Virus record (IMG/VR): IMGVR_UViG_3300035703_000009
Location: 62,001-126,000 of that record
Direction: 5' to 3' (one strand)
DNA: 64,000 nt
A program made the translations under genes and the position numbers. Below the pieces are notes generated by a model. The model had not been told where the DNA came from and did not search any database. It saw only the letters and a program-made list of their open reading frames with translations. Positions 18,108 through 28,212 of this stretch are shown here, one piece after another. How positions within the stretch are numbered: the first letter of the stretch is position 1; every line of letters starts with the position of its first letter.

Positions 18108-19583
18108 TTAGATTGCCTTGAATAGCGCGTCATAATCGTCGTCGGTGGCCTCAAGCTGAGGGTCGATTGGTTTGCCTAGGTCATTATATTCTGAACGCAA
18201 TTCATCTTGCATTTTATTTACTTCTTCATCGTCACTATAAAACTCACTAGCTTGACCAACCTCTTCAGTCAACCTAAAGTATTCTTTCGACATTGAATAG
18301 AACTTATAGCTTTCCTCAAATCCGTTATCACGGTTGGCAATGACTTTTATCTTCATTCGGCTCTCAAGCGGGCTACGCATTAGACCAAATAAAGAGTCAA
18401 CTGTATGAATTAAACCAAAGGATTCAGCAACTGAGTCCATGCCTAAGTCAAAGTCGTTGATTGATTCACGTTTTACTTGAGTCGCACTGATTACACACCA
18501 TTCGTTACGCATGGCAACTCCTCTAAGTTCTTCAGAAATGGACTTAATCTTTTCATAAAGTCCATTTTGATCCTTGACAGGCCTTAATAGGTTGAGGTAG
18601 TCAACTACTATCACTTTAAATTTACGATTGAGCTTGCTCTCAAGGCGTAGGAAATAGTTTTCGATGTCGATCGCAGTGGCTCCACCGGTCGGAAACTCCT
18701 TCACATAAAGGTCACCTTTGATTTGGCCAGCATCTTTCAATGCAGTGAGTCGACGTCCAATGATTGATAGCGATTCCTTATCGGTGAACTTCACGTACTC
18801 ATCAGAGCGTATGCTTAACACATTGGCACCGATTCGTTTCATGTACTGACGATCTGGCAGCTCAACTGTGACTAATCCTGTTAGGTTGAGCTGCATCGAT
18901 CTGGCTGCAATGTTACCAAGCACCATCGATTTACCGACCTTAGGTCGACCTTGGAATACGACCAATGACTTTGGATTCCAACCTCCGCCTAATGCCTTAT
19001 CAAAGAAAGGAAAACCGGTTGGACTGCCTGCCTTAGGTAACTGGATGTGAGACTCTGGACTAAAGAAGTTGAGACCTGTGTCTCCGCTTGAAAAGTTGAT
19101 CGCCAACTTACTGCTAATGTCATTGCGAACCTTTTCAGAGATCTTATCGATGTTTTCAGGATCGATTGTCGTCGTCTTTAAGTACGTGAGTAAATCAAAA
19201 ACAGTAAGATTAAGATTTCTAAGCAGGATAAAAGAACGTACGTATTTGTAAAGATAGTCGTAGTTATATTCGCGTAGGTTGAAAGTATAAAGGTCATCAA
19301 AGTCTTCATCGTTGATTGAGCTATTTGTTAAGTCTAAGTAGCTTTTCAGCTCTCGACGGTTTGGAATTTTTTCATACTCCCTAAAGAACCTCATCGCCAC
19401 TTTAAAGGATTCCTGTCGATTCTCCTCGTTAAAGTAAGTCGGGCGAACCATTGGGATAAGCTCTTCTCTACGTAACGAATCATGGCTCTTAGGTCTCATT
19501 TCGCTAGCGACATCTTCATCATCAAGGATGAAGTTCCAGACCATTTTTTCTAGAGAGTCAATATTTTCGGTAAAATCTATCAT
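18108..19583 (-). CDS. Replicative DnaB-like helicase (gp41-like)
   Basis: PTGFPFFD, GRPKVGKS, VKEFPTG, VVDYLNL, SATQ, AESFG. Confidence 0.93.
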   Translation of the reverse strand: MIDFTENIDSLEKMVWNFILDDEDVASEMRPKSHDSLRREELIPMVRPTYFNEENRQESFKVAMRFFREYEKIPNRRELKSYLDLTNSSINDEDFDDLYTFNLREYNYDYLYKYVRSFILLRNLNLTVFDLLTYLKTTTIDPENIDKISEKVRNDISSKLAINFSSGDTGLNFFSPESHIQLPKAGSPTGFPFFDKALGGGWNPKSLVVFQGRPKVGKSMVLGNIAARSMQLNLTGLVTVELPDRQYMKRIGANVLSIRSDEYVKFTDKESLSIIGRRLTALKDAGQIKGDLYVKEFPTGGATAIDIENYFLRLESKLNRKFKVIVVDYLNLLRPVKDQNGLYEKIKSISEELRGVAMRNEWCVISATQVKRESINDFDLGMDSVAESFGLIHTVDSLFGLMRSPLESRMKIKVIANRDNGFEESYKFYSMSKEYFRLTEEVGQASEFYSDDEEVNKMQDELRSEYNDLGKPIDPQLEATDDDYDALFKAI

Positions 19584-19918
19584 TCGAAAGTATAAAAAGT
19601 GAGTAATCCTTTTTGAGTAAAGTGAATTTCTTCACCCTTGACCTCAAGTAATTGCTGTGAGATCAAGACTTTGATCTTTTTAACTAGATCTTGTTTGAAA
19701 GTTTCATCTTTTAGCTGATCACCAAAGACGTATTTGAAAGTTTTGCTTGAAAACTTCATGTTTTGGGGGTCCAGTTTCTTACCTTTTATCTCTATCACTC
19801 GAAGCAAGTACTGCGAAATATCAAAAAGGACCGCAAGATCGTCTTGCAGGTCCTTATGCGAGTGTAAGTTAAGATAGTATTTGATCGGAAGATCAGAGCG
19901 CAGTTTCATTTGATTCAT
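19580..19918 (-). CDS. Hypothetical protein, possible winged helix
   Basis: C-terminal LLEVKGEEIHFTQKG resembles a wHTH wing; lies between uvsX and helicase. Confidence 0.65.
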   Translation of the reverse strand: MNQMKLRSDLPIKYYLNLHSHKDLQDDLAVLFDISQYLLRVIEIKGKKLDPQNMKFSSKTFKYVFGDQLKDETFKQDLVKKIKVLISQQLLEVKGEEIHFTQKGLLTFYTFE

Positions 19919-21092
19919 TTAGAGTTTCTAATTCATCGTCTTCCATCTCGATGATTCCGTCTTGCGTCTCTGGAAACTTGAACATTGGTTTGATTGCTTT
20001 TTCGTCTAGTTCTTTTAATACGGCATCAGTAAAAAGTCTAGGAGAAAAGAATTCTCTAACTGGTACCTCATCACCATTGTGACGAATGATGTAATTTTTT
20101 GCTTGGATGCTCGGTTTCACATAAAGTGTTTCACCTCCGAGCTCAAACGAGTGGCACTTTGCCTGGTCTTCTGGTTTTAACTTTGAGTACTCCTTTTCAG
20201 TGAGCTTTGACGCCCGTATGACTCCGCAGTTTTCCCAGTTAACGAACTGTTCAAGGCCAACATAAGGATTCATGCCCTTGTGAAAGGAGATATGAAATTC
20301 TACATCGATTGGTTTGGCCAAGCGATTCTTACGAGTCTTGGAGCGAACGATGATTCCGGTTGTAGTCTTGTTTTCGTCACGAAGAGTTCCTTTGCTCAAC
20401 ATCACGATGATTGAAGCCGAGAATTCAGGTCCACCTCCACCCGACATGCCTTTTGGCGTGTATTGGTCCATTGAAGCATATGTGTGGTTAGTAAAGATGA
20501 ACGGAACTCGAAGGTTTGAAAGGTCAAGCGTGAAAGATTTAAATAGCGCACGAAGTTCCTTAGAGCGAAGACCCATATCGGCTGCGTTTTTACCCGCATC
20601 CATGTCTCTCTTGCTCTTATCAGTGTCGAGCATGCCGACTGAATCGACAAACATCGCGCACTTGAGACCTGGATTTTCTCTCATCGTATCGATAAAGTCA
20701 TTGATGAAGAACTTTACTTCGCTAATGAGACCCATGCGAAGATACTTTAACTTGTCAAGATCGACTCCAAACTTGATATAGTCTGAACGATCGATCGCAC
20801 CTTCAGTATCGATGTAGAAAACATAGTAGCCTTTCTTTTGTAGCTCACGAACCGCGTTTAAACATAAGAAGGTCTTGCCTGCACCAGAATCACCAGCAAT
20901 ACCGATGCTACGTGTGTTTGGATAACCTCCAAAGATTGAACCTGAAAGCTGAGCATTTAGGATAAAGTTTCCTGTTGGAATGTATTCATCAATGTCGACA
21001 AATCCCATTAGGGCAACTTTTGATTTGACTCTCTTTTCTAAGATGTCATTGAATTTATTAAATGCAGATAGTGCATCCTTTGAACTCGCCAT
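19893..21092 (-). CDS. uvsX: RecA/UvsX recombinase
   Basis: AGDSGAGKT, YIDTEGA, FVDSVG, DMGLRSK, FTNHTY, SGGGG. Confidence 0.92.
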   Translation of the reverse strand: MASSKDALSAFNKFNDILEKRVKSKVALMGFVDIDEYIPTGNFILNAQLSGSIFGGYPNTRSIGIAGDSGAGKTFLCLNAVRELQKKGYYVFYIDTEGAIDRSDYIKFGVDLDKLKYLRMGLISEVKFFINDFIDTMRENPGLKCAMFVDSVGMLDTDKSKRDMDAGKNAADMGLRSKELRALFKSFTLDLSNLRVPFIFTNHTYASMDQYTPKGMSGGGGPEFSASIIVMLSKGTLRDENKTTTGIIVRSKTRKNRLAKPIDVEFHISFHKGMNPYVGLEQFVNWENCGVIRASKLTEKEYSKLKPEDQAKCHSFELGGETLYVKPSIQAKNYIIRHNGDEVPVREFFSPRLFTDAVLKELDEKAIKPMFKFPETQDGIIEMEDDELETLNESNETAL

Positions 21093-21112
21093 GTAATACA
21101 GATTTTAGAATC

Positions 21113-21138
21113 TTTTACTTAAAATGAGGAAAAAGTTC
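21113..21138 (-). promoter_or_regulatory. Bipartite promoter GAACT-N15-GTAAAA
   Basis: Upstream of uvsX. Confidence 0.6.
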
Positions 21139-21693
21139 TTACTCAGAAAGATAAGAAAGGAGTAGAGTCGAGCAAGCTAGCGCGAGAGAATCGCAGACTT
21201 CGCCCTTAAGCAGGCGAGTGAATCTCACCTTTTCGACCGAGTGGAAATGATTTGCAGGTTCGACTCCAGGTAGCTTTGCAAGATTGCCGCCTTGGTCTAA
21301 TTTATCGCTGATATTGACTGCAAAGCAGGAGTATTCCTTAGTGAAAGGAATCGTGTGTTTTATTTTTCCCAAATAGAGTACGTGATCGACGTCGACTGCT
21401 GTGATTCCAGCTTCTCTATTTAAGCAAGAAAGAACTATCTCAAAGGAAGAATCGCTTACATTTGGATCGTAGGTCTCGGTAATACAACGAGACTCTTCAG
21501 CATCAGAAAGGTAATCTTTATATTTGAACAAGAAGACGTTACGGATCTGGCCTTGATCGTTTGTGTCAAACGGTAAGATGCAGATGCTCTTTTCTTTAGA
21601 AGAAATACGCTTAAACTTGCCCTTATCGCCATAAAAGCTTAGGACTTCAAACTTATCGTCTGTGTACTCTTGTTTTTTGTCTAGTCCGAACAT
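21139..21693 (-). CDS. Degenerate Nudix-fold protein
   Basis: SICILPF strand, CLNREAGI as a remnant of RELxEExG, LYLG. Confidence 0.5.
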   Translation of the reverse strand: MFGLDKKQEYTDDKFEVLSFYGDKGKFKRISSKEKSICILPFDTNDQGQIRNVFLFKYKDYLSDAEESRCITETYDPNVSDSSFEIVLSCLNREAGITAVDVDHVLYLGKIKHTIPFTKEYSCFAVNISDKLDQGGNLAKLPGVEPANHFHSVEKVRFTRLLKGEVCDSLALACSTLLLSYLSE

Positions 21694-22355
21694 TATACTT
21701 CTCTAACTGTGATTTGAGGGCTTGCCGGCGCTGCCTCTTTTTTCTTTACCGGAGTAGGATCTAACGACTCTTTCATGGAGTCAGCGATCACTTGTTTATT
21801 TATCACGGACTGCAAGTATTCTGAAAGTTCATCTAAGAACTTATCTTTGTTTTCAGCGCTTGCATACATCATCTTTAGCAGCTTCTTGTCAGGCAAACGA
21901 ACTTTAAGAGACACTGATATTTGCGACTCTTCAGAGTTAAACATGGCAAACATGTTAGTCTTATGTGTGACTTGTGCGGGTTGAGGAGGTACTTGTGGCT
22001 GCACCTGTGATTGGTTCACCACAGGTTGAGATTGGGTGACCTGAACTTGAGGCTGGCTTGTGTTGGCAGGCTGAACGTTTATCTTAGGCTTGGGCCCTTG
22101 AATCGCTTCAACCTCGCTTCTAGACAGGGGCTGAGCGTCTCCATGTATCATCATCAGGTTAGAGTTGAGTTTGGTCGAATCGATTTTAGATCCGTCATCA
22201 AAGACTACGTCAAACCCTCCAAGTCTGTTTGGATGGACGTCTCTACATCTAACTACCTTGCCTATTAGTTCAGGACGATCTGTCTTGATCCACTGAAACT
22301 TTTGGTTGGTAAAGTTCTCTTTTAACGAGATTAGCTTGTTTTCATCAAAACTCAT
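21693..22355 (-). CDS. Hypothetical protein with Q/P-rich linker
   Basis: Start moved to ATG 22355 (MSFDENK) to avoid overlap with the upstream ORF. Confidence 0.7.
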   Translation of the reverse strand: MSFDENKLISLKENFTNQKFQWIKTDRPELIGKVVRCRDVHPNRLGGFDVVFDDGSKIDSTKLNSNLMMIHGDAQPLSRSEVEAIQGPKPKINVQPANTSQPQVQVTQSQPVVNQSQVQPQVPPQPAQVTHKTNMFAMFNSEESQISVSLKVRLPDKKLLKMMYASAENKDKFLDELSEYLQSVINKQVIADSMKESLDPTPVKKKEAAPASPQITVREV

Positions 22356-22374
22356 TGTGTCTGGTGTTTTTTCG

Positions 22375-22620
22375 TTATCCGTGGAGCTCGTCCATGGTAG
22401 CAGCCCCTTTACGATTTTCAATTTCTTTAAGAAAATCATCGTTTACTGGATTATTTGTGGATGACATGCTGCCTGCGTCATATATCGCATAGTATGGAGA
22501 GATCGTTACCTTGGCCTCTTTCATCTTTTTTCTGATTTCTCTTACTTGAGGAATGGTTACCGAGTTTTTGTTGGCATCAAGGAATCCTTCTAGCCAGTTG
22601 ATAAATGAATTAGCGTCCAT
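22375..22620 (-). CDS. Hypothetical phage protein
   Basis: FINWLEGF motif common in small phage proteins. Confidence 0.7.
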   Translation of the reverse strand: MDANSFINWLEGFLDANKNSVTIPQVREIRKKMKEAKVTISPYYAIYDAGSMSSTNNPVNDDFLKEIENRKGAATMDELHG

Positions 22621-22622
22621 GT

Positions 22623-22916
22623 TTATTGGTTATTTTGAATGATTTTAGCTCCTGCGGTCTCAAGTGTTAGCACTAGGTTTTCCTTACGAAGCTCTTCGAC
22701 TTCTTCCTGTGCTTTCTTGATTAGGTCAGCGATCTCAATGTCGCTGGCGCCGATTGCATTTAGGACCTGAAAGGTCACATCCTCTATGTTACTCGTGCGA
22801 TAAGGCAAGACATGATATTCCTCGCCAAATTTCTTTTCTAAGCCTTCACACGCAGTCTGTACTTGCTGAACATCAGCTTTAGTCGGAAAGCCTATGATAA
22901 AAATTGGTTTTGCCAT
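22623..22916 (-). CDS. Hypothetical protein
   Basis: 97 aa; TAATG-coupled to the polymerase fragment. Confidence 0.7.
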   Translation of the reverse strand: MAKPIFIIGFPTKADVQQVQTACEGLEKKFGEEYHVLPYRTSNIEDVTFQVLNAIGASDIEIADLIKKAQEEVEELRKENLVLTLETAGAKIIQNNQ

Positions 22917-24343
22917 TACTTCTTTGCATTTTTTAAACTCTTGATCTCGCCTTGGGTTTTAATACGTTCGTCATAAAGTCTGGTCAAGATCGTACGTGCT
23001 ACTGAATCGTTTGCGCTAGAAAAAACCGTGTCGTTTTTAGTGAAGATTTCTCCACCTTTTATCTTGACCCTGTCTTTCTTACCAAGATAAGTGTCTGGCG
23101 AGATGTTGAACTGTATTTGAATATTTGGGTACATCGATGAGAAGTCATAACATGACACGTAGTTATAGTAGTCTGGGTTTGGCTTCATAACATATGCTCC
23201 CTCATAAGTTGCGTCTTCCGGTGTTCCTTCTCCCCACGGAAGTTTCATCATCTTTAGGTTCTTGTTTAAGAACTCACGACACATGAGGATCTCTGCAATA
23301 TAGACTGGGCTGAATACTTTATTGACCTCTACTTGTGCGACGTTAGCAATTGAGTAAGCCACATCAAGAAGAGAGAGCTTGTCCTCAATTAACTTAACGA
23401 GCACTACGTCGATCACATTGTAAAGAGTAAAGAGATAGGTGTCCTTTTGAAAATCAAAGAAGGTAGAGTATTTATGTTTCAGCTTGTTTGCACCGAGTAC
23501 TAGGCCGGCAATATGGTCGAGCTTGTAGTTTTCAACTACCTTGTAGGGCTTTAGCTTTTCAAACACTTGCATATAGTCTAAGACTCCTAAATGGGATGGG
23601 ATCTTGTTCTTTGACACATGAGAGCGAGAAGGCATGTTTTGCATGGAATCGAGCTTTAGGTTACGTGCACGATTCATCAGGTACTTCCAGTCAAATTCGG
23701 TCACGTTCCAGCCTGTCACAAACGATAGCTTTGGAACGATGTTATGAAAGTAGAAGCTCATCAACTCTTCTTCGCTATTGAAGTATTTGTATTTGATCTT
23801 AAACTCTTGCTGGAATAACCTGGCGTCCTCTGGTTTTAATGGAATGATCTTTCTAAAGTAGTCATTGACTTCTACTTCCATACGTGAGATCTCTTCCTGA
23901 GTTAACCCGTTTGGATGGTCATCGTCGTTTAGGATGGAAAGTATGTAGGTGACGTTGTCTTCGTTACAGAAGGAGATGAGACCGACTGGCATGCGAGCGC
24001 CTTCTGGATCTGGAAAAGAGTCATTTATTAGCTTGATCTCGATATCGAGGTAGGTCTTCTTTGGTAAGTTGTCAAAGCTGTAAATTGCTTCAAGCTCACT
24101 AGGGCTTAGTTTGTCTTGGATTAACTCTTGCACTCTAAACTGACTCACGTATTTACCTCCAGTTTGACTCTTCTTCACGAAACGACCGTCCCAGTTACGT
24201 TGCGTAGTGGCGGTCTGTGACTCAACCCAGTTGAAAAGCTCGTGATCGAGCACCCTTTTTCTGATGAAGGCTATCTTACCCGCCGCATCGTAATATGAAA
24301 TGAGTAGTGTGCCGTCTTCTAATACTTCTGAGCCTATTATCAT
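22916..24343 (-). CDS. Family B DNA polymerase, N-terminal part only (exonuclease plus motif A)
   Basis: ExoI YLDIEI, ExoII GWNVTEFD, ExoIII YNVID, YEGAYV, motif A YDFSSMYPNI; motifs B and C absent. Confidence 0.88.
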   Translation of the reverse strand: MIIGSEVLEDGTLLISYYDAAGKIAFIRKRVLDHELFNWVESQTATTQRNWDGRFVKKSQTGGKYVSQFRVQELIQDKLSPSELEAIYSFDNLPKKTYLDIEIKLINDSFPDPEGARMPVGLISFCNEDNVTYILSILNDDDHPNGLTQEEISRMEVEVNDYFRKIIPLKPEDARLFQQEFKIKYKYFNSEEELMSFYFHNIVPKLSFVTGWNVTEFDWKYLMNRARNLKLDSMQNMPSRSHVSKNKIPSHLGVLDYMQVFEKLKPYKVVENYKLDHIAGLVLGANKLKHKYSTFFDFQKDTYLFTLYNVIDVVLVKLIEDKLSLLDVAYSIANVAQVEVNKVFSPVYIAEILMCREFLNKNLKMMKLPWGEGTPEDATYEGAYVMKPNPDYYNYVSCYDFSSMYPNIQIQFNISPDTYLGKKDRVKIKGGEIFTKNDTVFSSANDSVARTILTRLYDERIKTQGEIKSLKNAKK

Positions 24344-24603
24344 ACTTGTGGTTTAAACATTTCGTTAATGTGGCCGCACTTTGCACACGCAATCACCGGT
24401 AAGGGTACGATTGAGTCTTGAGGCGCACCAGTCATGAACTTAGAAATCTTCTTGATCTTCATTTTTTCTTCAAAGACGTCGTGACCACATGAGTCACAAG
24501 TCAAGTAAGGTGCATCAGATAGGTTAACGTTTACCTTAGCACCGCCGTTTGGATTTGGGTTTGGGTTGGTTGGAGCTCCTGCTCCGCCGATGATTGCTTC
24601 CAT
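24340..24603 (-). CDS. Small zinc-ribbon protein
   Basis: CDSC...CAKC. Confidence 0.75.
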   Translation of the reverse strand: MEAIIGGAGAPTNPNPNPNGGAKVNVNLSDAPYLTCDSCGHDVFEEKMKIKKISKFMTGAPQDSIVPLPVIACAKCGHINEMFKPQV

Positions 24604-24617
24604 TATGTGTAGTTATT

Positions 24618-25085
24618 TTAGTAGCCTCTTTTTTGACGATCGCGATTTTCTTGGTTCTTGCTCATATACATATTATACATCTCTTGAGGAGTCATGCCGA
24701 TCGAGATTGCATAGTTCATGAAAAAATGGAGCATGTCGATTATCTCGAACTTACACTCTAGCTGATCAGCCTCAGAAAGATCGCTAAATTTCATAGATTC
24801 GTACTTTGCATGGTTCTTTTTCCAGTACTTCCACACTGCATTACCGTGACCGTCCTTGATTCCACCAAGAGCATCAGTTGCTTCATGTATCTCATCAATG
24901 AGACTATGTGAATTGACGTGCCAGAAGTCCATGACCTCACGTAAAGTCATCTCGGAAAAATTGAAACCGTACACGTTTTCTTGAGTGTCCTTCTGAAGGT
25001 TCAAAATGTCGCCTAAGGTGTCAGTTGACTTAGAGTACAAGTCATTTACTTCTAAGTCTGAACATTGGTTGTCAGTATTTGCCAT
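24618..25085 (-). CDS. Dimeric all-alpha dUTPase/dCTPase (T4 gp56-like)
   Basis: DEIHE, WKYWK, KFEIIDMLHFFMN, YMSKNQENRDRQKRGY. Confidence 0.85.
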   Translation of the reverse strand: MANTDNQCSDLEVNDLYSKSTDTLGDILNLQKDTQENVYGFNFSEMTLREVMDFWHVNSHSLIDEIHEATDALGGIKDGHGNAVWKYWKKNHAKYESMKFSDLSEADQLECKFEIIDMLHFFMNYAISIGMTPQEMYNMYMSKNQENRDRQKRGY

Positions 25086-25106
25086 TTGCCTATTTATTTT
25101 GAGATC

Positions 25107-25133
25107 TTGTACTTTTGAAAAGCTAAGGAGTTC
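25107..25133 (-). promoter_or_regulatory. Bipartite promoter GAACT-N16-GTACAA
   Basis: Upstream of the dNTPase-polymerase operon. Confidence 0.65.
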
Positions 25134-25174
25134 TTTATTTTCCTGCTTTTTTTAGAAATTCAGCCCGTTTGCAG

Positions 25175-25182
25175 ATAAATAA
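25175..25182 (+). promoter_or_regulatory. Late promoter ATAAATAA
   Basis: Upstream of the tail sheath gene. Confidence 0.7.
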
Positions 25183-25202
25183 TTAAAAATACAAGAATAG
25201 AA

Positions 25203-28160
25203 ATGGCCGAACAAAGGATCAATCTGAATAATTTTAAGTCAAGTGGCGTCTATACGATAGAAATAGACCAAAGCGAGAACTTGACCCTTCCTCTTACTAC
25301 AGGCAGACTCGTTGTAGGGTCCAGCCGAGTAGGTCCATTCAATACTGTCGTACTGATCAATGACATAAGAACACTAAGAGCAGTCTATGGTGAAATCGAC
25401 CCTAAGTTAGAAAAAGAGGGTAGTTATTTCCACAGAACAATTGAGGTATCACTAAAAGAAGGGCCGGTATTTGCATTGAATGTAATCGGTTTGGACACAG
25501 ACACTGATGTGTCAGCAAACTTAGACCAAGCATACTTTAAAACTTTCAATAGCGAATCTGCAGCGAATAATAATCCAGACACAGTTGCAAACACTTACCC
25601 AATGGTAGAGTTCTTCAATAGAAAACGACTATGGTTTGCTGATTCATATCAATTGAACCGCTCAAAGAACCTAGCCCTAGGTGACGATTTCGTCGCTAAT
25701 CCTGGAGGATTCGGCCAGACTACTTTGCAATCAAATAAGATCTTATCTTTTGCGAACTTAGGAAGCGCAAATTCAACTATCTGGGTTAGAAAGTCAGATG
25801 TTCGTGGATTTGACATCACTGCAAAAGAGTGGTTCTCAACAATCGGAGGCGGAAACTCAATAGAATATCCTTCTTTCGTTCACCCTGACGATTTCATCTC
25901 AGACTATTTTGTAGAAGTCATCATTGTGAATGGAGACTGGACAAATTATTTAAAACTTGCAAAAGATCCAATTTACAAGACGTTCTTCGATGACTCAGGT
26001 CTTAAAATATCAAGAGCTGCTGAGTTCTTTGCGTTACGTGAAATTAAAGTAATCAGCAGAACAATTGGATGTTTAATTCCAGACTTCAAAGATCAGAGCG
26101 GACTTACTGTTTCGATTGATCGTTTAATAAACAGATTATTCCCAACTACCGGAGTTCTCTGTGCACTAGATACTAGAAAGCTTGATCTTATCGATTTAGA
26201 AACTAACGATCCATTCACTGACTCTGATGTGACTACTCACCGTGTAGATATTGTCGGTCATGGTTTTGATGACCTTGCATACTATATTGATAACGGAACC
26301 TATGATACTGATGGAAACACAGTTGCGTTAAGTAAATTAGTTGACACTCTAAGCTACTCTAAGCCGGCTGATGGTGAACTAATCTACATATTTGATGCAA
26401 ATTATGCTGAAGTAAACTTAGCTGCAAATATTGCTATCGGAGAAATTTACACCATCACAGCGGCTAACGATTACATAGTTGCAACTAAAGGAAGCACGCT
26501 TTACGAAGCTTACACAAAAGGATTCATAAAGACTGGTGACACGATAACTGATGGCTCTAACTCTTATTATGTTAAGGTGTTAGACACTCTTGCGACAGGA
26601 TCACCTTCTATACCATACATCAAGATCGAAACATACTCAGACATTGCTTTACTTAATCAAGAGAATGCAACTGACTTGGTATACACTGATGGCGCAGATG
26701 ACTTTGTGAAGTTTATCCTTCAAGATGGAGACGATTTCAAATACATATTTGATTTGGACACTGATTTCTTTTCATACTCAATCACTCAACCTAATACTAT
26801 TACTTTGGGAGTTTTTGCTGCTAATAAGTCACTAGTCGATGAGTACATCAAAGTCAATCAATACATTAAAGCTAAATCAACAGACGGTCGCGTCCGATTA
26901 CTTAAGATAATCTCAGTGAGCAGCGCGACTCAACTAACTAGCCCTGCAACTTACACATACACAGTCAAGACCATGGCGCCAAGCGTTGATAATGTGGTAG
27001 GAATCGACTATGATGCGGATCCAGCACTAGGATACGCTGCAGCTCTTAAAGTTTATAAAGGAGTTTACAACTTTGCACCGACGCTTAAGGGTCAATATGC
27101 TCCGGGTTACAAGATCCGCGAAGCGTTACTGCCAAAAGCAGATTCAGACGGTCAGCGCCAAAGAGAAATTCTTAGCTACTTATTTGAAAGCACCTCGATT
27201 CCACAGGCTCTTGCTACTGGAGAACTGGTTGACTTCAGATATGTGGTTGATTCATATCAAGGTGAGATCTACTCTTCATCTAAATATTACTTAGCGAAAC
27301 TTGCTGCGATGCACGGCCAAGCAATGGCCCTATTGAATGCACCATCGGTTCAACAGTTTGAACAGAGTGTTGACCCAAGCTTCATTGATACAACTACTAA
27401 GTTAGTGTCTGCTGAGTATATTGCTCAAGGAGGAGACCTTTCTTTGAATCCAAGCTTTACTTTCCAGTTTGCTGAGGAAGACGTAAACGGAGTTCCGCTA
27501 TCGTCATATGCAACTTATTACTTCCCTAACCTAATCATTAGAAGCGGTAATAAGAACCTTTCAGTTCCGCCAGCAGCATATGTATCTAACCTATATGTTA
27601 AGAAGTTTAAGAACGGTACGCCTTTCTTAATTGTAGCCGGTGGTAAGCGAGGAGCAATTAATGATTCTGAAGTAGTAGGAATAGAATATGACTTAACCGA
27701 TGAAGACAGAAACTTCTTAGAGCCAGCAGGCCATAACCTAATTGTTAAACGTAGAGGATTTGGAATTATCTTGTTCTCTAACAATACTGCTTACCAAAGA
27801 ATCAACTCTGCTCTAAATAACGCTCACGTAAGAGATAACTTATCGACTATTGAAAGAGACATTGAGAAGATACTTTTCAACTTCTTGTTTGACTTTAACG
27901 ATGAGATCACGCGATTAAGAGTTAAGACGCTAGTTCAAAACTACTTAGACGCAGTGGTATCAGCCAGAGGATTAAGCTCTTATGAAGTAATCTTTGACTC
28001 TTCAAACAACACTAACGAGGTGATTTCAGCAAACACAGCGATAATTGATATTCGTGTTGATTTCCCAAGAGGAATTCACAAGTTCATCAATCGTATCACT
28101 ATCACTAGAGTCGGAGGACAACTTAGCTCCGAATCTACTGGATTCATCCCTAGCTTCTAA
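25203..28160 (+). CDS. Contractile tail sheath protein (gp18-like)
   Basis: N-terminal SSGVYTIEID, GPFNT, VPPAAYV, AGGKRG, FDFNDEITR, DSSNNT sheath C-terminal motifs. Confidence 0.9.
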   Translation: MAEQRINLNNFKSSGVYTIEIDQSENLTLPLTTGRLVVGSSRVGPFNTVVLINDIRTLRAVYGEIDPKLEKEGSYFHRTIEVSLKEGPVFALNVIGLDTDTDVSANLDQAYFKTFNSESAANNNPDTVANTYPMVEFFNRKRLWFADSYQLNRSKNLALGDDFVANPGGFGQTTLQSNKILSFANLGSANSTIWVRKSDVRGFDITAKEWFSTIGGGNSIEYPSFVHPDDFISDYFVEVIIVNGDWTNYLKLAKDPIYKTFFDDSGLKISRAAEFFALREIKVISRTIGCLIPDFKDQSGLTVSIDRLINRLFPTTGVLCALDTRKLDLIDLETNDPFTDSDVTTHRVDIVGHGFDDLAYYIDNGTYDTDGNTVALSKLVDTLSYSKPADGELIYIFDANYAEVNLAANIAIGEIYTITAANDYIVATKGSTLYEAYTKGFIKTGDTITDGSNSYYVKVLDTLATGSPSIPYIKIETYSDIALLNQENATDLVYTDGADDFVKFILQDGDDFKYIFDLDTDFFSYSITQPNTITLGVFAANKSLVDEYIKVNQYIKAKSTDGRVRLLKIISVSSATQLTSPATYTYTVKTMAPSVDNVVGIDYDADPALGYAAALKVYKGVYNFAPTLKGQYAPGYKIREALLPKADSDGQRQREILSYLFESTSIPQALATGELVDFRYVVDSYQGEIYSSSKYYLAKLAAMHGQAMALLNAPSVQQFEQSVDPSFIDTTTKLVSAEYIAQGGDLSLNPSFTFQFAEEDVNGVPLSSYATYYFPNLIIRSGNKNLSVPPAAYVSNLYVKKFKNGTPFLIVAGGKRGAINDSEVVGIEYDLTDEDRNFLEPAGHNLIVKRRGFGIILFSNNTAYQRINSALNNAHVRDNLSTIERDIEKILFNFLFDFNDEITRLRVKTLVQNYLDAVVSARGLSSYEVIFDSSNNTNEVISANTAIIDIRVDFPRGIHKFINRITITRVGGQLSSESTGFIPSF

Positions 28161-28166
28161 TCTAAC

Positions 28167-28195
28167 GGGGGAGATTTTTCTCCCCCATTTTTTTT
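28167..28195 (+). terminator. Intrinsic terminator
   Basis: GGGGGAGA-TTTT-TCTCCCCC followed by a T8 run. Confidence 0.9.
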
Positions 28196-28212
28196 AAAAA
28201 TAACTCAAAAGA

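Noticed and set aside
22623-22916. Possible frameshifted, intron-split or intein-split continuation of the DNA polymerase
   Set aside because: The downstream ORFs contain no motif B or C, no intein ends and no homing endonuclease.
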